The notes under the pieces were generated by a model that was given only the letters and a program-made list of their open reading frames with translations, searched no databases and was not told the DNA's origin. DNA of 64,000 nucleotides from Nitrosopumilus sp. GTDB lineage: Archaea; Thermoproteota; Nitrososphaeria; Nitrososphaerales; Nitrosopumilaceae. This document shows positions 33,931 to 45,707 of the stretch, one piece after another. Each line of letters starts with the position of its first letter. Position 1 is the first letter of the stretch. Location of the stretch: the NCBI GenBank assembly GCA_965218695.1, contig OZ244651.1, positions 416,001 to 480,000 of the forward strand, given 5' to 3'. The translations under genes and the position numbers were made by a program.

Positions 33931-35126
33931 GATACAGGACGAGTCCATAGTAATCTCCGATGCGCGGCCGCGAAGACGCGGCTACACCAGGAAGGGAATA
34001 CGGGCGTTTTTCACGTACACCGGCTCACACTCCAAGACGATAATCCATGGACTAATCACCACGGACGGCAGGGGCATGTTCCGGCAGTACGATGCGTTTA
34101 CCAAGGACACCTTTGAGGACTTTCTAAGGCAGGCGATGTACAGGTTCAAGAAGATCTGCCTGATCATGGACAAGGCCTCCTAGCACAGGGCATCAAACAT
34201 ACGCAAACTGCTTGATGGCACAGACGGCCTGGAGATAATCTTCCTGCCAACTGCAACCCCGGACCTGAGCGCCATAGAGACGTACTGGAGGGATCTCAAA
34301 CGGGCAGTGCTTGACGTGCCGTACACCAGCCTGAGCATGCTCCGCGAGGCGATCACCAGGTACGCGAGGTACAAAAAACCGAATCTGGTAGTCGAGAATT
34401 TTCTGTACAGGGCCATCTAGAACGACATCAAACCGCACCGGATCCACGCCGCCTAGCGTGTGCCATGCACGGCGCACCAGAGCATGCAATGTCTAATGTT
34501 TGGAGCGTCTTTTCTCGTCATTTGGGAATTCAACGCACCTCGTAATTTCCAGAGACGGCTGTTGCATCAAAAATTTATGAGCGATTTTGATATGAATTTT
34601 TCATTGCTGGTATATCCTCTGTGTTAACTGTATGCTCCGCATGGTTGGTACTTTGGATCTAAACGTGTAAGTCAAAGCTAAGACAGGCGCCGCAGTCTGG
34701 ACGTGGCGAATGCCCCGTAAATTATTTTTTGACCTGATGACTTCTGGGAAGCCCCATTTTTTGACAAAATGTCATATCTCCAGAATCCTATTTTTAATCA
34801 AGTCTGTGACCCTGCTATAGAATTCCGGCTTTACTTTCCCAACCCGTTTAACGACATCTGTTTTGAGTACTGTAAACATGTTGTCACAAACTACTTGGCT
34901 AGGTTTGGGAAGCGGGTTTTCTTCCAGATCGCTATTTTTTATTTTGATCATGTATGGATCTGTCGTATCTATGGATGTAACTGCCAAACAAATCAGGATT
35001 TTACTGGAAGGCTGAAGTGATGTCGAGGAAAATTTTGATACTATCATAATTGGCCTAGTTTTGACTTCTTTTCCAGGAAAAGCAATTTGAGCTAATAATA
35101 TTTCCCTTGGTTCGAATTTAATGCTA

Positions 35127-36221
35127 TAGTGGCGATCAAAAGTTCCTGCAAAATAATTCGGCTTTTCTGTTAAGGAATTTGAACAAATCCAGATTGAATC
35201 TTGCAGTTCGATAATACTGGGAGACGGCACTGTGCATGTCCAAGAAGGTTTTGTAGTATTCTGAGACAAGCAGGTTCCGTTTTCCTTGGTGCCAGCATTC
35301 TTCCACGGCGTTGAGATACGGCGAGCCTTTTGGCAGGTATATGATCTTGATGTTCTTGTTCTCGCGCAGCAGCGTCCGGACGGCTTTTGCGCGGTGCGGG
35401 GACGCCCTGTCCACCATGACGGCCACCTTCCCAAAATGCCTCTGCAGGGCCTTGAGGTACGCAACAAATGTGGGCGCGTTAAACCCGCTGGCAGTCCTGA
35501 AGAACTGCCTGCCATCGGTCGTGACTGAACCGTACACGGCGATTCTTTTGTGGCTTCCCGTATATGGCACGGTTATTGGCACCCCCACAGGCGACCAATA
35601 CTTGCGACCCGATTTTACGTCGTGTATGAAGAACGCCTCGTCTTCCACGACTGGGACAAAATCGTCCTTTTCTAGGCGTGAAATTCTCTTTTTGAGGCGA
35701 TATTGCCAGCTTTTTACGGCCGTTTTGGTGGCCCTGTTGATGTGGATCCTTTGCGACCCCTTGGGAGACAGGCCGTATTTTTGCATGATTTTCCTGATAT
35801 TCGTTCTGTGCATCTTTGTTCCCGTTTCCCTGTGTATGACCTGCTGCAGTTCGGCAGGAGTGGTCTTGAACCGGTCCACTACCTTGTCCAGTATGCCGTC
35901 CATCGCTTCCGGCGAAATCTTGGGCGGCCTGCCGGATCTGGGAAGATCCCGGAGGCCTTCGAGGCCTCCTTCCTCGTATCTGCGCATCCAGCGGTATACC
36001 CACCGGTCAGCCTGCAAGAGAATGTCTGCGGCATCGCTTATGCTCATCTTGCGCACGTGTACCATGTGCACTGCAAGCATTCTGACACGCACCCTGCCGT
36101 CTTTTTCCTTTTTGTACGCCTTTTCGAGTTCTTCCTGTTTTGTTTCGTCCATGCTGCGTTCAAGGACCACGGATCTACATAGTTTTCGGGCAGAATTTGT
36201 CAAAACTTTTGCGCGTCACTA
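35127..36221 (-). mobile_element. IS630-family element (type b)
   Basis: TIR TAGTG(G/A)CG..CAAAAGTT; TA duplication at 35125..35126 and 36222..36223. Confidence 0.9.
35136..36152 (-). CDS. IS630 transposase (single ORF)
   Basis: RSGRPP, EDEA, VDRASPH, SPYLNAVEECW. Confidence 0.92.
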   Translation of the reverse strand: MDETKQEELEKAYKKEKDGRVRVRMLAVHMVHVRKMSISDAADILLQADRWVYRWMRRYEEGGLEGLRDLPRSGRPPKISPEAMDGILDKVVDRFKTTPAELQQVIHRETGTKMHRTNIRKIMQKYGLSPKGSQRIHINRATKTAVKSWQYRLKKRISRLEKDDFVPVVEDEAFFIHDVKSGRKYWSPVGVPITVPYTGSHKRIAVYGSVTTDGRQFFRTASGFNAPTFVAYLKALQRHFGKVAVMVDRASPHRAKAVRTLLRENKNIKIIYLPKGSPYLNAVEECWHQGKRNLLVSEYYKTFLDMHSAVSQYYRTARFNLDLFKFLNRKAELFCRNF

Positions 36222-36487
36222 TAGTAGTCTGTCCAGAACTCATCTTCTTTGTTATCCCAAACCCTGCCCATAACTTTTTGAGACAGTCTTTGCAAGTCTG
36301 GATCTATGACCCTGATCTTGGATTCTGTTTGGGTTTTTGAATTATCATTCTCAAAAAATTTCGATCCCGCTGACGTAAACATGGCTTTTCTCCATCTGGT
36401 TGCATCCAAAAGTGCTTTGGTATCTATACCATCGGGCTTAAAATCTCGACGCCTTTGGGACACCGGTTCAAAGTTGCAAATCTTCAT
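36200..36487 (-). CDS. Putative antitoxin of the MazF module; native stop replaced by the IS end
   Basis: Directly upstream of and overlapping mazF; acidic WDNKEDEFW tail; start uncertain. Confidence 0.55.
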   Translation of the reverse strand: MKICNFEPVSQRRRDFKPDGIDTKALLDATRWRKAMFTSAGSKFFENDNSKTQTESKIRVIDPDLQRLSQKVMGRVWDNKEDEFWTDYYSDAQKF

Positions 36488-36508
36488 CTAGGTTCTGTTA
36501 ACTTATAG

Positions 36509-36640
36509 GCACCTGAGCGCAAGTGTTAACCGTCGGCACCTGCCACGCTACGTCAACGAATTCGCCGGGAGGCACAACGTCAGAAGCATGGATGCCATCC
36601 GCATGATGGCGGCACTGGCGCGCGGCATGGCAGGCAGGCG
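36509..36640 (+). pseudogene. IS1595-family transposase C-terminal remnant
   Basis: Translates as RRHLPRYVNEFAGRHNVRSMDAIRMMAALARGMAGRR, matching the HL.RY..EF..R.N motif. Confidence 0.7.
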
Positions 36641-36724
36641 GCATGGCAGGCAGGCAGGCAGGCGGCATGGCAGGCAGGCAGGCAGGCGGCCTTTTCGCGT
36701 TATTTGCCATCTTCTTACGGTCCA

Positions 36725-36772
36725 TAGTTTCCTAATAAGGAGCCCAAAAATGAGGGCTAAGATTCATATCTA
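36725..36772. other. att-like site, right (arm A followed by core AGATTCATA)
   Basis: CCAAAAATGAGGGCTAAGATTCATA (25 bp) is identical to 29284..29308; core at 36760..36768. Confidence 0.65.
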
Positions 36773-36791
36773 AAATTTTCTGCTACACCAT

Positions 36792-37580
36792 GTGGACAAG
36801 ATAAGACATGGCACCCCGGTGCTATTCTACTTTAACCGCTCCAAGAAGTGGCTTGTAAGGATATCCAAAAACGAGTCCCTTCACACCCACATCGGGGTGA
36901 TAAGACACGCAGACGCCATCGGAAAGGAGTTCGGATCCCGCGTCATCACAAACAAGGACAAGTACGTCTACCTGATAAGGCCCACCACGTACGACTACGT
37001 CATGAAGATCCAGCACGGGACCCAGATAGTATACCCCAAGGATCTCGGCTACATCGTGGCAAGGGCGGGCATCCAGAGCGGCCAGAAGATACTGGAGGTC
37101 GGCACGGGCAGCGGCGCCCTTACCTCCTTTATTGCAAGCATCGTAAAGTCGTACGGGCACGTGTACACCTTTGACGTAAACGAGGACTTTATCAAGATAG
37201 CAGCAAAGAACATCCAAAAGGCCGGGGTCTCAAAGTACGTCACCCAGTACAACATGGATCTCAAGACCGCAGAGGAGGTGCCCCCCCTGCCAGAGATGGA
37301 TGTTGCGCTGATTGATCTGGGGGATCCCTGGGAGGTGATCCCGCAGGTGCGGCAGATGCTCAAGGGGAGCGGCGCAGTCTTTGCCATATGCCCCACGATG
37401 AACCAGCTGGAGCGGCTCACCGCGTGCCTGGTCCAAAACGAGTTTACCGACATAGAGTCCACCGAGCACATAATCAGGACGATCGAGGCAAGGGAGGGAA
37501 AGACGAGGCACGCCTTCCAGGGAATAGGCCACACCACGTACCTGTGCTTTGCGCGAAAGGCCTTCTTTGGGAGAAGTTAA
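36792..37580 (+). CDS. trmI: tRNA (adenine-N1)-methyltransferase
   Basis: TQIVYPKD, EVGTGSGAL, DLGDPW, GHTTYL. Confidence 0.92.
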   Translation: MDKIRHGTPVLFYFNRSKKWLVRISKNESLHTHIGVIRHADAIGKEFGSRVITNKDKYVYLIRPTTYDYVMKIQHGTQIVYPKDLGYIVARAGIQSGQKILEVGTGSGALTSFIASIVKSYGHVYTFDVNEDFIKIAAKNIQKAGVSKYVTQYNMDLKTAEEVPPLPEMDVALIDLGDPWEVIPQVRQMLKGSGAVFAICPTMNQLERLTACLVQNEFTDIESTEHIIRTIEAREGKTRHAFQGIGHTTYLCFARKAFFGRS

Positions 37581-37620
37581 GACAAGATTTATTCGATCAT
37601 CGCACCCCTATAACACCATA

Positions 37621-38478
37621 TTGAAAAGACTGACTGCCTCTGCCGTGAGACGGTTCGTTCCTGCGCGCAGCAGCACCTCGCGCAAGGGCCAGAACGGGAC
37701 GGTCCTGATAGTGGGCGGGAGCCACGTGTACCATGGGGCGCCGATCCTGGCATCGCTTGCCTCGCTCCGAAGCGGCACCGACCTGGTATACACTGCCGTC
37801 CCCAAGATCAACGTGGCGCCCACCCGGGCAGCCTCGCCTGACCTGATAGTAATTCCGCTAGCGGATCAAAAGATCACGCGTGGCGCCGTAAACAAGCTTG
37901 TCGGGGCCCTGCCCCTGGGCCTGGACTCGGCTGCAATCGGCATGGGCCTTGCAGTGCATGACAGAGGCGCCCTCGTCCACCTCGTAAAGTCGCTTCTGGA
38001 CCGGGACGTCCGGCTGTCCCTGGATGCAGGGGCGCTGCTCCCCGAGGTCCTGCCGATCTTGGCAGGACGCAACGTGGTGGTCACCCCCCATGCAGGCGAG
38101 TTTGGGAGGCTCTTTGGGCAGGCCGCGCCGGAGTCAGGAGGCGGCAGGGTCATGCTGGCAGAGGAGATGGCCAAAAGGCACGGCATCACAGTCCTGCTAA
38201 AGGGGCCCACCGACATCATATCTGACGGGGCCGCCACGTATCTCCACTCCAAGAGGACCCCTGCCATGACCGTCGGAGGGACAGGGGACGTCCTGTCGGG
38301 ACTGGTTGCAGGGATGCTGGCACGAAACCGCAGCCCGCTTGAATCCGCGTCGGCTGCCGTATTCATCAACGGGCTGGCAGGAGCAGACGTGCAGAAGAGC
38401 CTCGGACTCCACATGGCCGCCACCGATCTGCTGGATGCCATTCCGCGCGTGATGAGGCCGTTTGACAGGATAGGGTGA
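37621..38478 (+). CDS. nnrD: ADP-dependent NAD(P)H-hydrate dehydratase
   Basis: KGQNG..VGGS, TPHAGEF, LKG, GGTGDVLSG. Confidence 0.9.
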   Translation: MKRLTASAVRRFVPARSSTSRKGQNGTVLIVGGSHVYHGAPILASLASLRSGTDLVYTAVPKINVAPTRAASPDLIVIPLADQKITRGAVNKLVGALPLGLDSAAIGMGLAVHDRGALVHLVKSLLDRDVRLSLDAGALLPEVLPILAGRNVVVTPHAGEFGRLFGQAAPESGGGRVMLAEEMAKRHGITVLLKGPTDIISDGAATYLHSKRTPAMTVGGTGDVLSGLVAGMLARNRSPLESASAAVFINGLAGADVQKSLGLHMAATDLLDAIPRVMRPFDRIG

Positions 38479-38482
38479 CTGG

Positions 38483-39850
38483 ATGGACGTATTCAAGCAA
38501 GTGGATTTGGGCATGGAGCACCTCATCTCGGATCTGCAGACGCTGATAAGGCAGCCAAGCGTCTCTGCCACGGGCCAGGGAATCCAAGAGTGCGCCGGAC
38601 TGGTGCACAAGATGATGACATCTGCAGGCATTCCATCCAAGATCCTGCACCTGGAAGACGAGGGGGTGGCAGCGCCGATAGTGTTTGGCCACGTAAAGTC
38701 CAGGCAGAACCCCCGCCGGACCCTGATGTTTTACAACCACTACGACGTGCAGCCTGCCGAGCCGCTTGGCCTCTGGGACGATCCGCCGTTTGGCGGAACC
38801 CGGAGGGGCAACCGGATATTTGGCAGGGGGGCCACAGACGACAAGGGGGAGCTGATCACCCGAATCAAGGCAGTCGAGGCGTTCTTGCAGGAGACCGGGG
38901 ACGTCCCGTGCAACATCAAGTTTGTCGTCGAAGGCGAGGAGGAGACCGGAAGCGACCACATCGCCTTGTACCTGAAGAGATACCGGGACATCCTTGCGTG
39001 CGACGGCGTAATCTGGGAGTTTGGGTACGTTGACGCGCAGGACAGGGCCGTCATCGGCCTCGGAATGAAGGGCCTCCTGTTTGTGGAGCTGCACGCAAAA
39101 GAGTCCGTGCAGGACGCGCATTCAAGCCTGGCAGCGCTGATAAAGAACCCTGCGTGGCACCTGATCGGGGCCCTGGCAACGCTGCGCGACCCCGACGGGC
39201 GGATTCTCATACGGGACTGGTACCGGGACGCGATACCGTTCTCTGCAGGGGAGCTGGACCTGATACGCGACGAGCCCTTTGACGAGGACGCGCTCAAAGA
39301 CGAGTTCGGGGTGGACTCTTTTGTGGGCGGCGTGAGCGGGTTCGAGGCAAGAAAGGCCCTGGCCGGGGGCGCCACATGCAACATAGCAGGACTGGCCTCG
39401 GGATACGCCGGGGACGGAGCAAAGACCGTCCTGCCGGGGCACGCCACTGCAAAGATCGACTTTCGGCTGGTCCCGGGGATGGACCCGCAGAGACAGGCCG
39501 AACGGCTGAGGAGCCACCTAAAATCCAAGGGGTTTGGCGACATAGGGGTGAGGGTGTTTCACGGGGTGGCTGCTGCAAGGACCAGCCCGTCTGATCCGTT
39601 CGTGAGGGACGTAAAGGATGCAGCAGACTCTTTCTTTGCCGGCTCCATCCTGAACGTCTCAAATGCCGGAACCGGCCCCATGGACTCGTTTGCAGGCATC
39701 CTGGGCGCCCCGTGCATCTCGATAGGAAGCACGTACGTCTTCTCTCGGATGCACTCCCCCAACGAGTTTGCCAGGATCGACCTGCTAAACAAGACCACAA
39801 AATGCATCTGCAGCATCATGCAAAACTTCGGCAGGACTCGGGGGCAGTAG
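38483..39850 (+). CDS. M20 family metallopeptidase/deacylase
   Basis: HYDVQP, GRGATDDKG, EGEEETGS, HSPNE. Confidence 0.9.
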   Translation: MDVFKQVDLGMEHLISDLQTLIRQPSVSATGQGIQECAGLVHKMMTSAGIPSKILHLEDEGVAAPIVFGHVKSRQNPRRTLMFYNHYDVQPAEPLGLWDDPPFGGTRRGNRIFGRGATDDKGELITRIKAVEAFLQETGDVPCNIKFVVEGEEETGSDHIALYLKRYRDILACDGVIWEFGYVDAQDRAVIGLGMKGLLFVELHAKESVQDAHSSLAALIKNPAWHLIGALATLRDPDGRILIRDWYRDAIPFSAGELDLIRDEPFDEDALKDEFGVDSFVGGVSGFEARKALAGGATCNIAGLASGYAGDGAKTVLPGHATAKIDFRLVPGMDPQRQAERLRSHLKSKGFGDIGVRVFHGVAAARTSPSDPFVRDVKDAADSFFAGSILNVSNAGTGPMDSFAGILGAPCISIGSTYVFSRMHSPNEFARIDLLNKTTKCICSIMQNFGRTRGQ

Positions 39851-39887
39851 TAGTCCACAACCCCCCTGGGGATGCCAAAAAAAAGAT

Positions 39888-40304
39888 CTAGTGGAGGATT
39901 CTTGGAATCTTCTTGACTGCGTGCACCAGCGATATCCTTCCTGGCCCTGCAATCACGATCACGAGCGCTGCTGCCAGCAGAATCAAGTCAAGCTCGATTC
40001 CGCGCTCGCCTGTTATGCTCCCGGCGCCCTTTACGTGGAATATTGCCCCCAGCATCACTATCGACAGCATCGCTGCCGAAAACCTGTTGAGCACGCCTAT
40101 GATCAGCAGTATTCCTGGAACCGTCTCTGCCAGCGCTATCGGTATCTGCATCTCTGCCGGAATTCCAAGGCTCCCCAGAAAGCCTGCAAACCCGGGGTTG
40201 AACTTTCCAACGCCGTGCAGGATGAAGATTACGCCTATGGAGGATCTCAAGCCCATGAATACGGCATCGTTTAGGATCCATCCTCTTATCTCTGCTGTTG
40301 CCAT
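39888..40304 (-). CDS. DoxX-family membrane protein
   Basis: FILHGVGK, AE..PG, GPGRIS; hydrophobic helices. Confidence 0.85.
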   Translation of the reverse strand: MATAEIRGWILNDAVFMGLRSSIGVIFILHGVGKFNPGFAGFLGSLGIPAEMQIPIALAETVPGILLIIGVLNRFSAAMLSIVMLGAIFHVKGAGSITGERGIELDLILLAAALVIVIAGPGRISLVHAVKKIPRILH

Positions 40305-40453
40305 GCCGCAAATTGCCCACTCTGGTATATTATCATGTCGTTTCCGGCGGCAGCCTGTTCCATGGTACAAGAATCATGGTTTTGGACAACAACAACGGGA
40401 GACACCTGCCTTGTTTAGAAAACCCTTTATTATGCAGACGGATTTTCTCAATC

Positions 40454-41053
40454 ATGTCCATGTACATGCCGGGCGCCACCGCCGTTGGAGTCACCTTCGA
40501 GGGCGGCGTGGTGTTTGCAAGCGAAAAGCGCATCGCCTTTGGAAACTTTCTGGTAAGCAAGTCCACAAAAAAGACCTTCCCCCTCACGCCCAAGGTGGGC
40601 GCGACCTGCGCCGGCCTCGTAGCCGACATGCAGATCCTGTCACTGCAGATATCAGCACTTGCAAAGATCAGAAAGATGGATCTGAGGCGTGATGTTCCGC
40701 CCAACACCGTGGCCAAGATGATGTCAAACATGATGTACGAGCGGAGATACTTTCCGCTGCTCACGCAGGTGATAGTGGGCGGGGTAGTCGGCAAGCCGGC
40801 CATGTACACGCTGGATCCCCTGGGCTCTGTCCTTCCGGATCAGTACGCCGCGGTGGGAACCGGGGCCGAGATGGCGCTGGGAGTGCTGGACCCGCAGTTC
40901 CGTCCGGGCATGACCCGCGACGAGGCAGTGGATCTGGTAAAGCGCGCGGTGCGCTCTGCGTCCCTGAGGGACTCTGCAAGCGGCGACGGCATAGACGTCA
41001 TGGTAATCACCGGCGACGGACTCGAGGAGTTCACCGAATCCATAAACAACTAG
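40454..41053 (+). CDS. psmB: Proteasome beta subunit (Ala at the Thr1 position)
   Basis: GATAVG, ASEKR, AGLVAD, RDSASGDG. Confidence 0.9.
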   Translation: MSMYMPGATAVGVTFEGGVVFASEKRIAFGNFLVSKSTKKTFPLTPKVGATCAGLVADMQILSLQISALAKIRKMDLRRDVPPNTVAKMMSNMMYERRYFPLLTQVIVGGVVGKPAMYTLDPLGSVLPDQYAAVGTGAEMALGVLDPQFRPGMTRDEAVDLVKRAVRSASLRDSASGDGIDVMVITGDGLEEFTESINN

Positions 41054-41514
41054 TCGTGGATGGTCTTGCCGGTCTCCCAGAACCTGTCTGAGATGTAGTG
41101 AAGGTTCTCCAGCACCTCTCCCCTCTCCATGGATTCTGCCTCTCTGCTTGAAACCAATGCCCTTCCGACCGCCAAAAACTTGTGCCTGGACTCCTCTGCT
41201 ATGCACACTATGGAGTCCTTTTCAAACTCGGTAAACGACGTGATTCCGGGCCTCATCAGGTTTGCCCCGTTGCACATGAACCTGACTGCCCCCATGTCCA
41301 CCGTGACGCTTGGAAACTTCTTTAGTACCTCAGTCTCTGAGAGAAACGGCAGGTAGCCCTTGTCAGTCTTTAGTATCTTTACGCCGCCTCCGGTGATCAT
41401 CTGCGCGCCGTCTGATATGCTGTGGACAGTCATGTTTCTGACCCTTGGAAACTCGACGCCCCACTGCTCGGACACGGTCTTGAGGATTGCAGACGTCTGG
41501 CTCTTTGAGATCAT
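41050..41514 (-). CDS. PUA-domain RNA-binding protein
   Basis: VDMGAVRFMCNGANLMRPGI, HYISD. Confidence 0.88.
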   Translation of the reverse strand: MISKSQTSAILKTVSEQWGVEFPRVRNMTVHSISDGAQMITGGGVKILKTDKGYLPFLSETEVLKKFPSVTVDMGAVRFMCNGANLMRPGITSFTEFEKDSIVCIAEESRHKFLAVGRALVSSREAESMERGEVLENLHYISDRFWETGKTIHD

Positions 41515-41556
41515 GTTGGATTTTATGCCCCTGTCATCTCCTGCATGATGATGCTG

Positions 41557-42612
41557 CTAAACAGATCCCTCAACCCTATGACTGGCCTGGATGGAGCGTG
41601 TAACCGTCCTTGGCATCTCCTGCCTGATGTCCAGAAGATCCCTCAGTATGGAGCTGGCAGTCTCGATGCCGCCGGCACCCCTCCCTATGATGGTCTGGGT
41701 TCCGGAGTGCTCGGATGTGAACGATATCGCATTGAGGGTACCGTTGACGCACAGCGGATCCTTGCTTGGAATCTCCCTTGGCTCCACCGTCAGGCTCTTG
41801 TTGCACGAGGCGATCAGTTTTACGGCGCGGCCCTGCGATGCGGCCTTTTTGATGTCTGCTGACGTGACGTTTCGGATTCCGGTCCTGGCGATGTCCGGCA
41901 TCGTCACCTTCATGCCGGCTATCCAGTTGGCCAGAATCACGAGCTTTGCTGCTGCGTCCAGTCCGTCAAGATCCAAAGACTCGTCTGCCTCCACGTATCC
42001 CCTCTCCTTTGCGTCCCGGAGCGCATCCTCAAAGGAGAGCCCCGATGTCATGTTTGAGAGGATGTAGTTTGTGGTGCCGTTGAGTATTCCTGCAAATGAC
42101 GTGATCCTCTCGCCCCTCAGGCTGTTCTTTGCGTAGTCCAGAATCGGCGTCCCTCCCCCGACTGTCCCGCTGAACTTGAACATGACCTGGTTGTACACTG
42201 CAAGCTCCACGAGGGACGGAAACGCCAGCGCAAGCGGGCCCTTGTTGACAGATATCACGTGCATCCCCTTCTTCATGGCCGACGTTATGTGGGTCATTCC
42301 GGGCTCTGCGTCGGCGTAGTTGCTGGCAGTGGTCTCGATGAGCACGTCTGCCTCGACGTTGTCTATCATCTTGATTCCGGACATGGAGTTTTTGGTGCGC
42401 GAATAGTTTCTTACCGTCCCGGACTGCTTCTTTACCTCTGCGAGCCTGTCAAACCTGAGCCCTGACGGGTCCACTGCGCTGCCGCGGCTGTCAACCACTC
42501 CGACGACCCTTGGCTTCAGCCCGTACTTTGCGTAGAGATCCTCTGCTCTAGAGTCAAAAAGCCTTATCAGGCTCTGCCCGACTACGCCAAATCCGCACAG
42601 TATTATCCTCAA
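41557..42612 (-). CDS. hom: Homoserine dehydrogenase
   Basis: GFGVVG, NKGP, GILNGTTNYIL, GRGAG. Confidence 0.93.
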   Translation of the reverse strand: MRIILCGFGVVGQSLIRLFDSRAEDLYAKYGLKPRVVGVVDSRGSAVDPSGLRFDRLAEVKKQSGTVRNYSRTKNSMSGIKMIDNVEADVLIETTASNYADAEPGMTHITSAMKKGMHVISVNKGPLALAFPSLVELAVYNQVMFKFSGTVGGGTPILDYAKNSLRGERITSFAGILNGTTNYILSNMTSGLSFEDALRDAKERGYVEADESLDLDGLDAAAKLVILANWIAGMKVTMPDIARTGIRNVTSADIKKAASQGRAVKLIASCNKSLTVEPREIPSKDPLCVNGTLNAISFTSEHSGTQTIIGRGAGGIETASSILRDLLDIRQEMPRTVTRSIQASHRVEGSV

Positions 42613-42709
42613 GTATATCGCCTCTGTCTGTCAGGCTGTACTCTCTTAATTTTCTTGCCATTGCAATTGGCGCGGATTTCTCTTCCTGCTGCTGCTCCTG
42701 TGGCTACTA

Positions 42710-43114
42710 CTACTGCTGCTCCTTTGCCTCGTCGTGCTCAAGGGAGACGGAGTTTATGCAGTACCTCTGGTTTGTGGGCTTTGGCCCGTCATCAAAGACG
42801 TGCCCCAGGTGGGCCCCGCACCTGCCGCAGTTGACCTCCGTTCTAGTCATCCCGTAAGACGTGTCTGAGACGTACTCTATGCTGTCCTCGTCTACGGGCT
42901 TCCAGAAGCTGGGCCAGCCCGAACCCGAGTCAAACTTTGCCTCCGACGAGAAGAGCCTCTCCCGGCAGCACACGCACCTGTAGGTTCCGTCGGGGCTGCT
43001 GTATGCATACTTTCCCGAAAACGGCGGCTCCGTACCGTGATTGACACACACCTCGTACTGCTCGGGCGTCAGCCGGTCTCTGAGATCCTCCGGATTCTTT
43101 GTGATCTTTGCCAC
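42710..43114 (-). CDS. msrB: Peptide methionine-(R)-sulfoxide reductase
   Basis: GTEPPF, SGSGWPSF, HLGHVFDDGP, RYCINS; GTG start at 43114. Confidence 0.93.
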   Translation of the reverse strand: MAKITKNPEDLRDRLTPEQYEVCVNHGTEPPFSGKYAYSSPDGTYRCVCCRERLFSSEAKFDSGSGWPSFWKPVDEDSIEYVSDTSYGMTRTEVNCGRCGAHLGHVFDDGPKPTNQRYCINSVSLEHDEAKEQQ

Positions 43115-43148
43115 GGCATGGAGATGGCGTCTGGATGTTATTAATTTG

Positions 43149-44954
<1,806 letters not shown>

Positions 44955-45062
44955 ATTCAGGATTGTGGCCTATTTTTGTCAATCTCGATTCAGGTGATAT
45001 CCCAAGAATCAAGTCACATCCACCATACGGCACAAAACCGCTACATGTGCAATGGCGCGCGA

Positions 45063-45362
45063 CTACTTCTTTCTTCCAATCTGTATGAGGTCCGGACCCT
45101 TGTCCTTGTCCTTGTCCTTATCGCGCCCCTTGGACTGCCACCTCAGCAGAACCTCCTTGAACGATGCAGCGTCTGCCTCGTTTTCAGTATACATCAGGGT
45201 CGTAACCCAGAATCCGCCCTTTGCAGTCTTTCCGCCAATGGAGTTCATCCAAAAGTCGCTTGGCAGGCCTTCCAGGGGCTTGCTGTTCGGATCCCTGGTC
45301 TCTGCGACCCACCTGTTTGCTACAAAGTTCAGGATCTGCTCAACCTCTTCTCTCTGAATCAT
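45063..45362 (-). CDS. Hypothetical protein
   Basis: 99-aa ORF with (KD)n microsatellite near its C-terminus. Confidence 0.6.
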   Translation of the reverse strand: MIQREEVEQILNFVANRWVAETRDPNSKPLEGLPSDFWMNSIGGKTAKGGFWVTTLMYTENEADAASFKEVLLRWQSKGRDKDKDKDKGPDLIQIGRKK

Positions 45363-45707
45363 ACGTGTCCTGATACGGCTCTAAATTTTAAAATTCCGCT
45401 TGCCGGGGGGGAGGGAGGGGGAGAAAGTACATGGCATGTGGGCAATGGGCTCGAGCAGGGTTGAGCATCTTCATCATATTCTGTGTCGTATCGGCTACAA
45501 GGGCTGCAGGGATATTGATTTTGAGATGAGCGCCCGATGCCCCTGCTGCAATCCGAAGACGTGGCTCGGTAAACGTGCATCGTCTCCGGAATCCCGGTTC
45601 GTGCATGAATGCGTACCGCGTCTGCGGCATGTTGTAAAATTAATCTCACAAAAACTCAAAACATTTCTTACACGTTATTGGTTATACAATTACATCAAGC
45701 ATTACAC

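Larger units (their letters stand above)
29455..34612 (+). mobile_element. IS630-family element, outer copy, disrupted by three insertions
   Basis: Pieces 29455..29585, 30840..30853, 32256..32695 and 33931..34612 rejoin into a copy of 29586..30839; TA duplications at 29453..29454 and 34613..34614; CAG>TAG stop at 34181. Confidence 0.9.
34772..36243 (-). pseudogene. mazF: MazF/PemK toxin split by IS630 (segments 36243..36222 and 35126..34772)
   Basis: Removing the IS restores MSSGQTTSIKFEPREILLAQIAFPGKEVKTRPIMIVS..AVTS..LPKPSQVVCD..VGKV. Confidence 0.85.

Noticed and set aside
36745-36775. Chromosomal dif site (TCATATCTAAA resembles an archaeal Xer arm)
   Set aside because: No matching inverted 11-bp arm at 6-bp spacing; kept only as an att-like site.
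40454-41053. Proteasome beta lacking catalytic Thr1
   Set aside because: Non-catalytic beta paralogues are already known in archaea with two beta genes.
45388-45630. Possible ncRNA (SRP or RNase P) or small ORF upstream of cdvA
   Set aside because: No diagnostic RNA motifs found and the ORF has no recognisable domain; cannot be supported.
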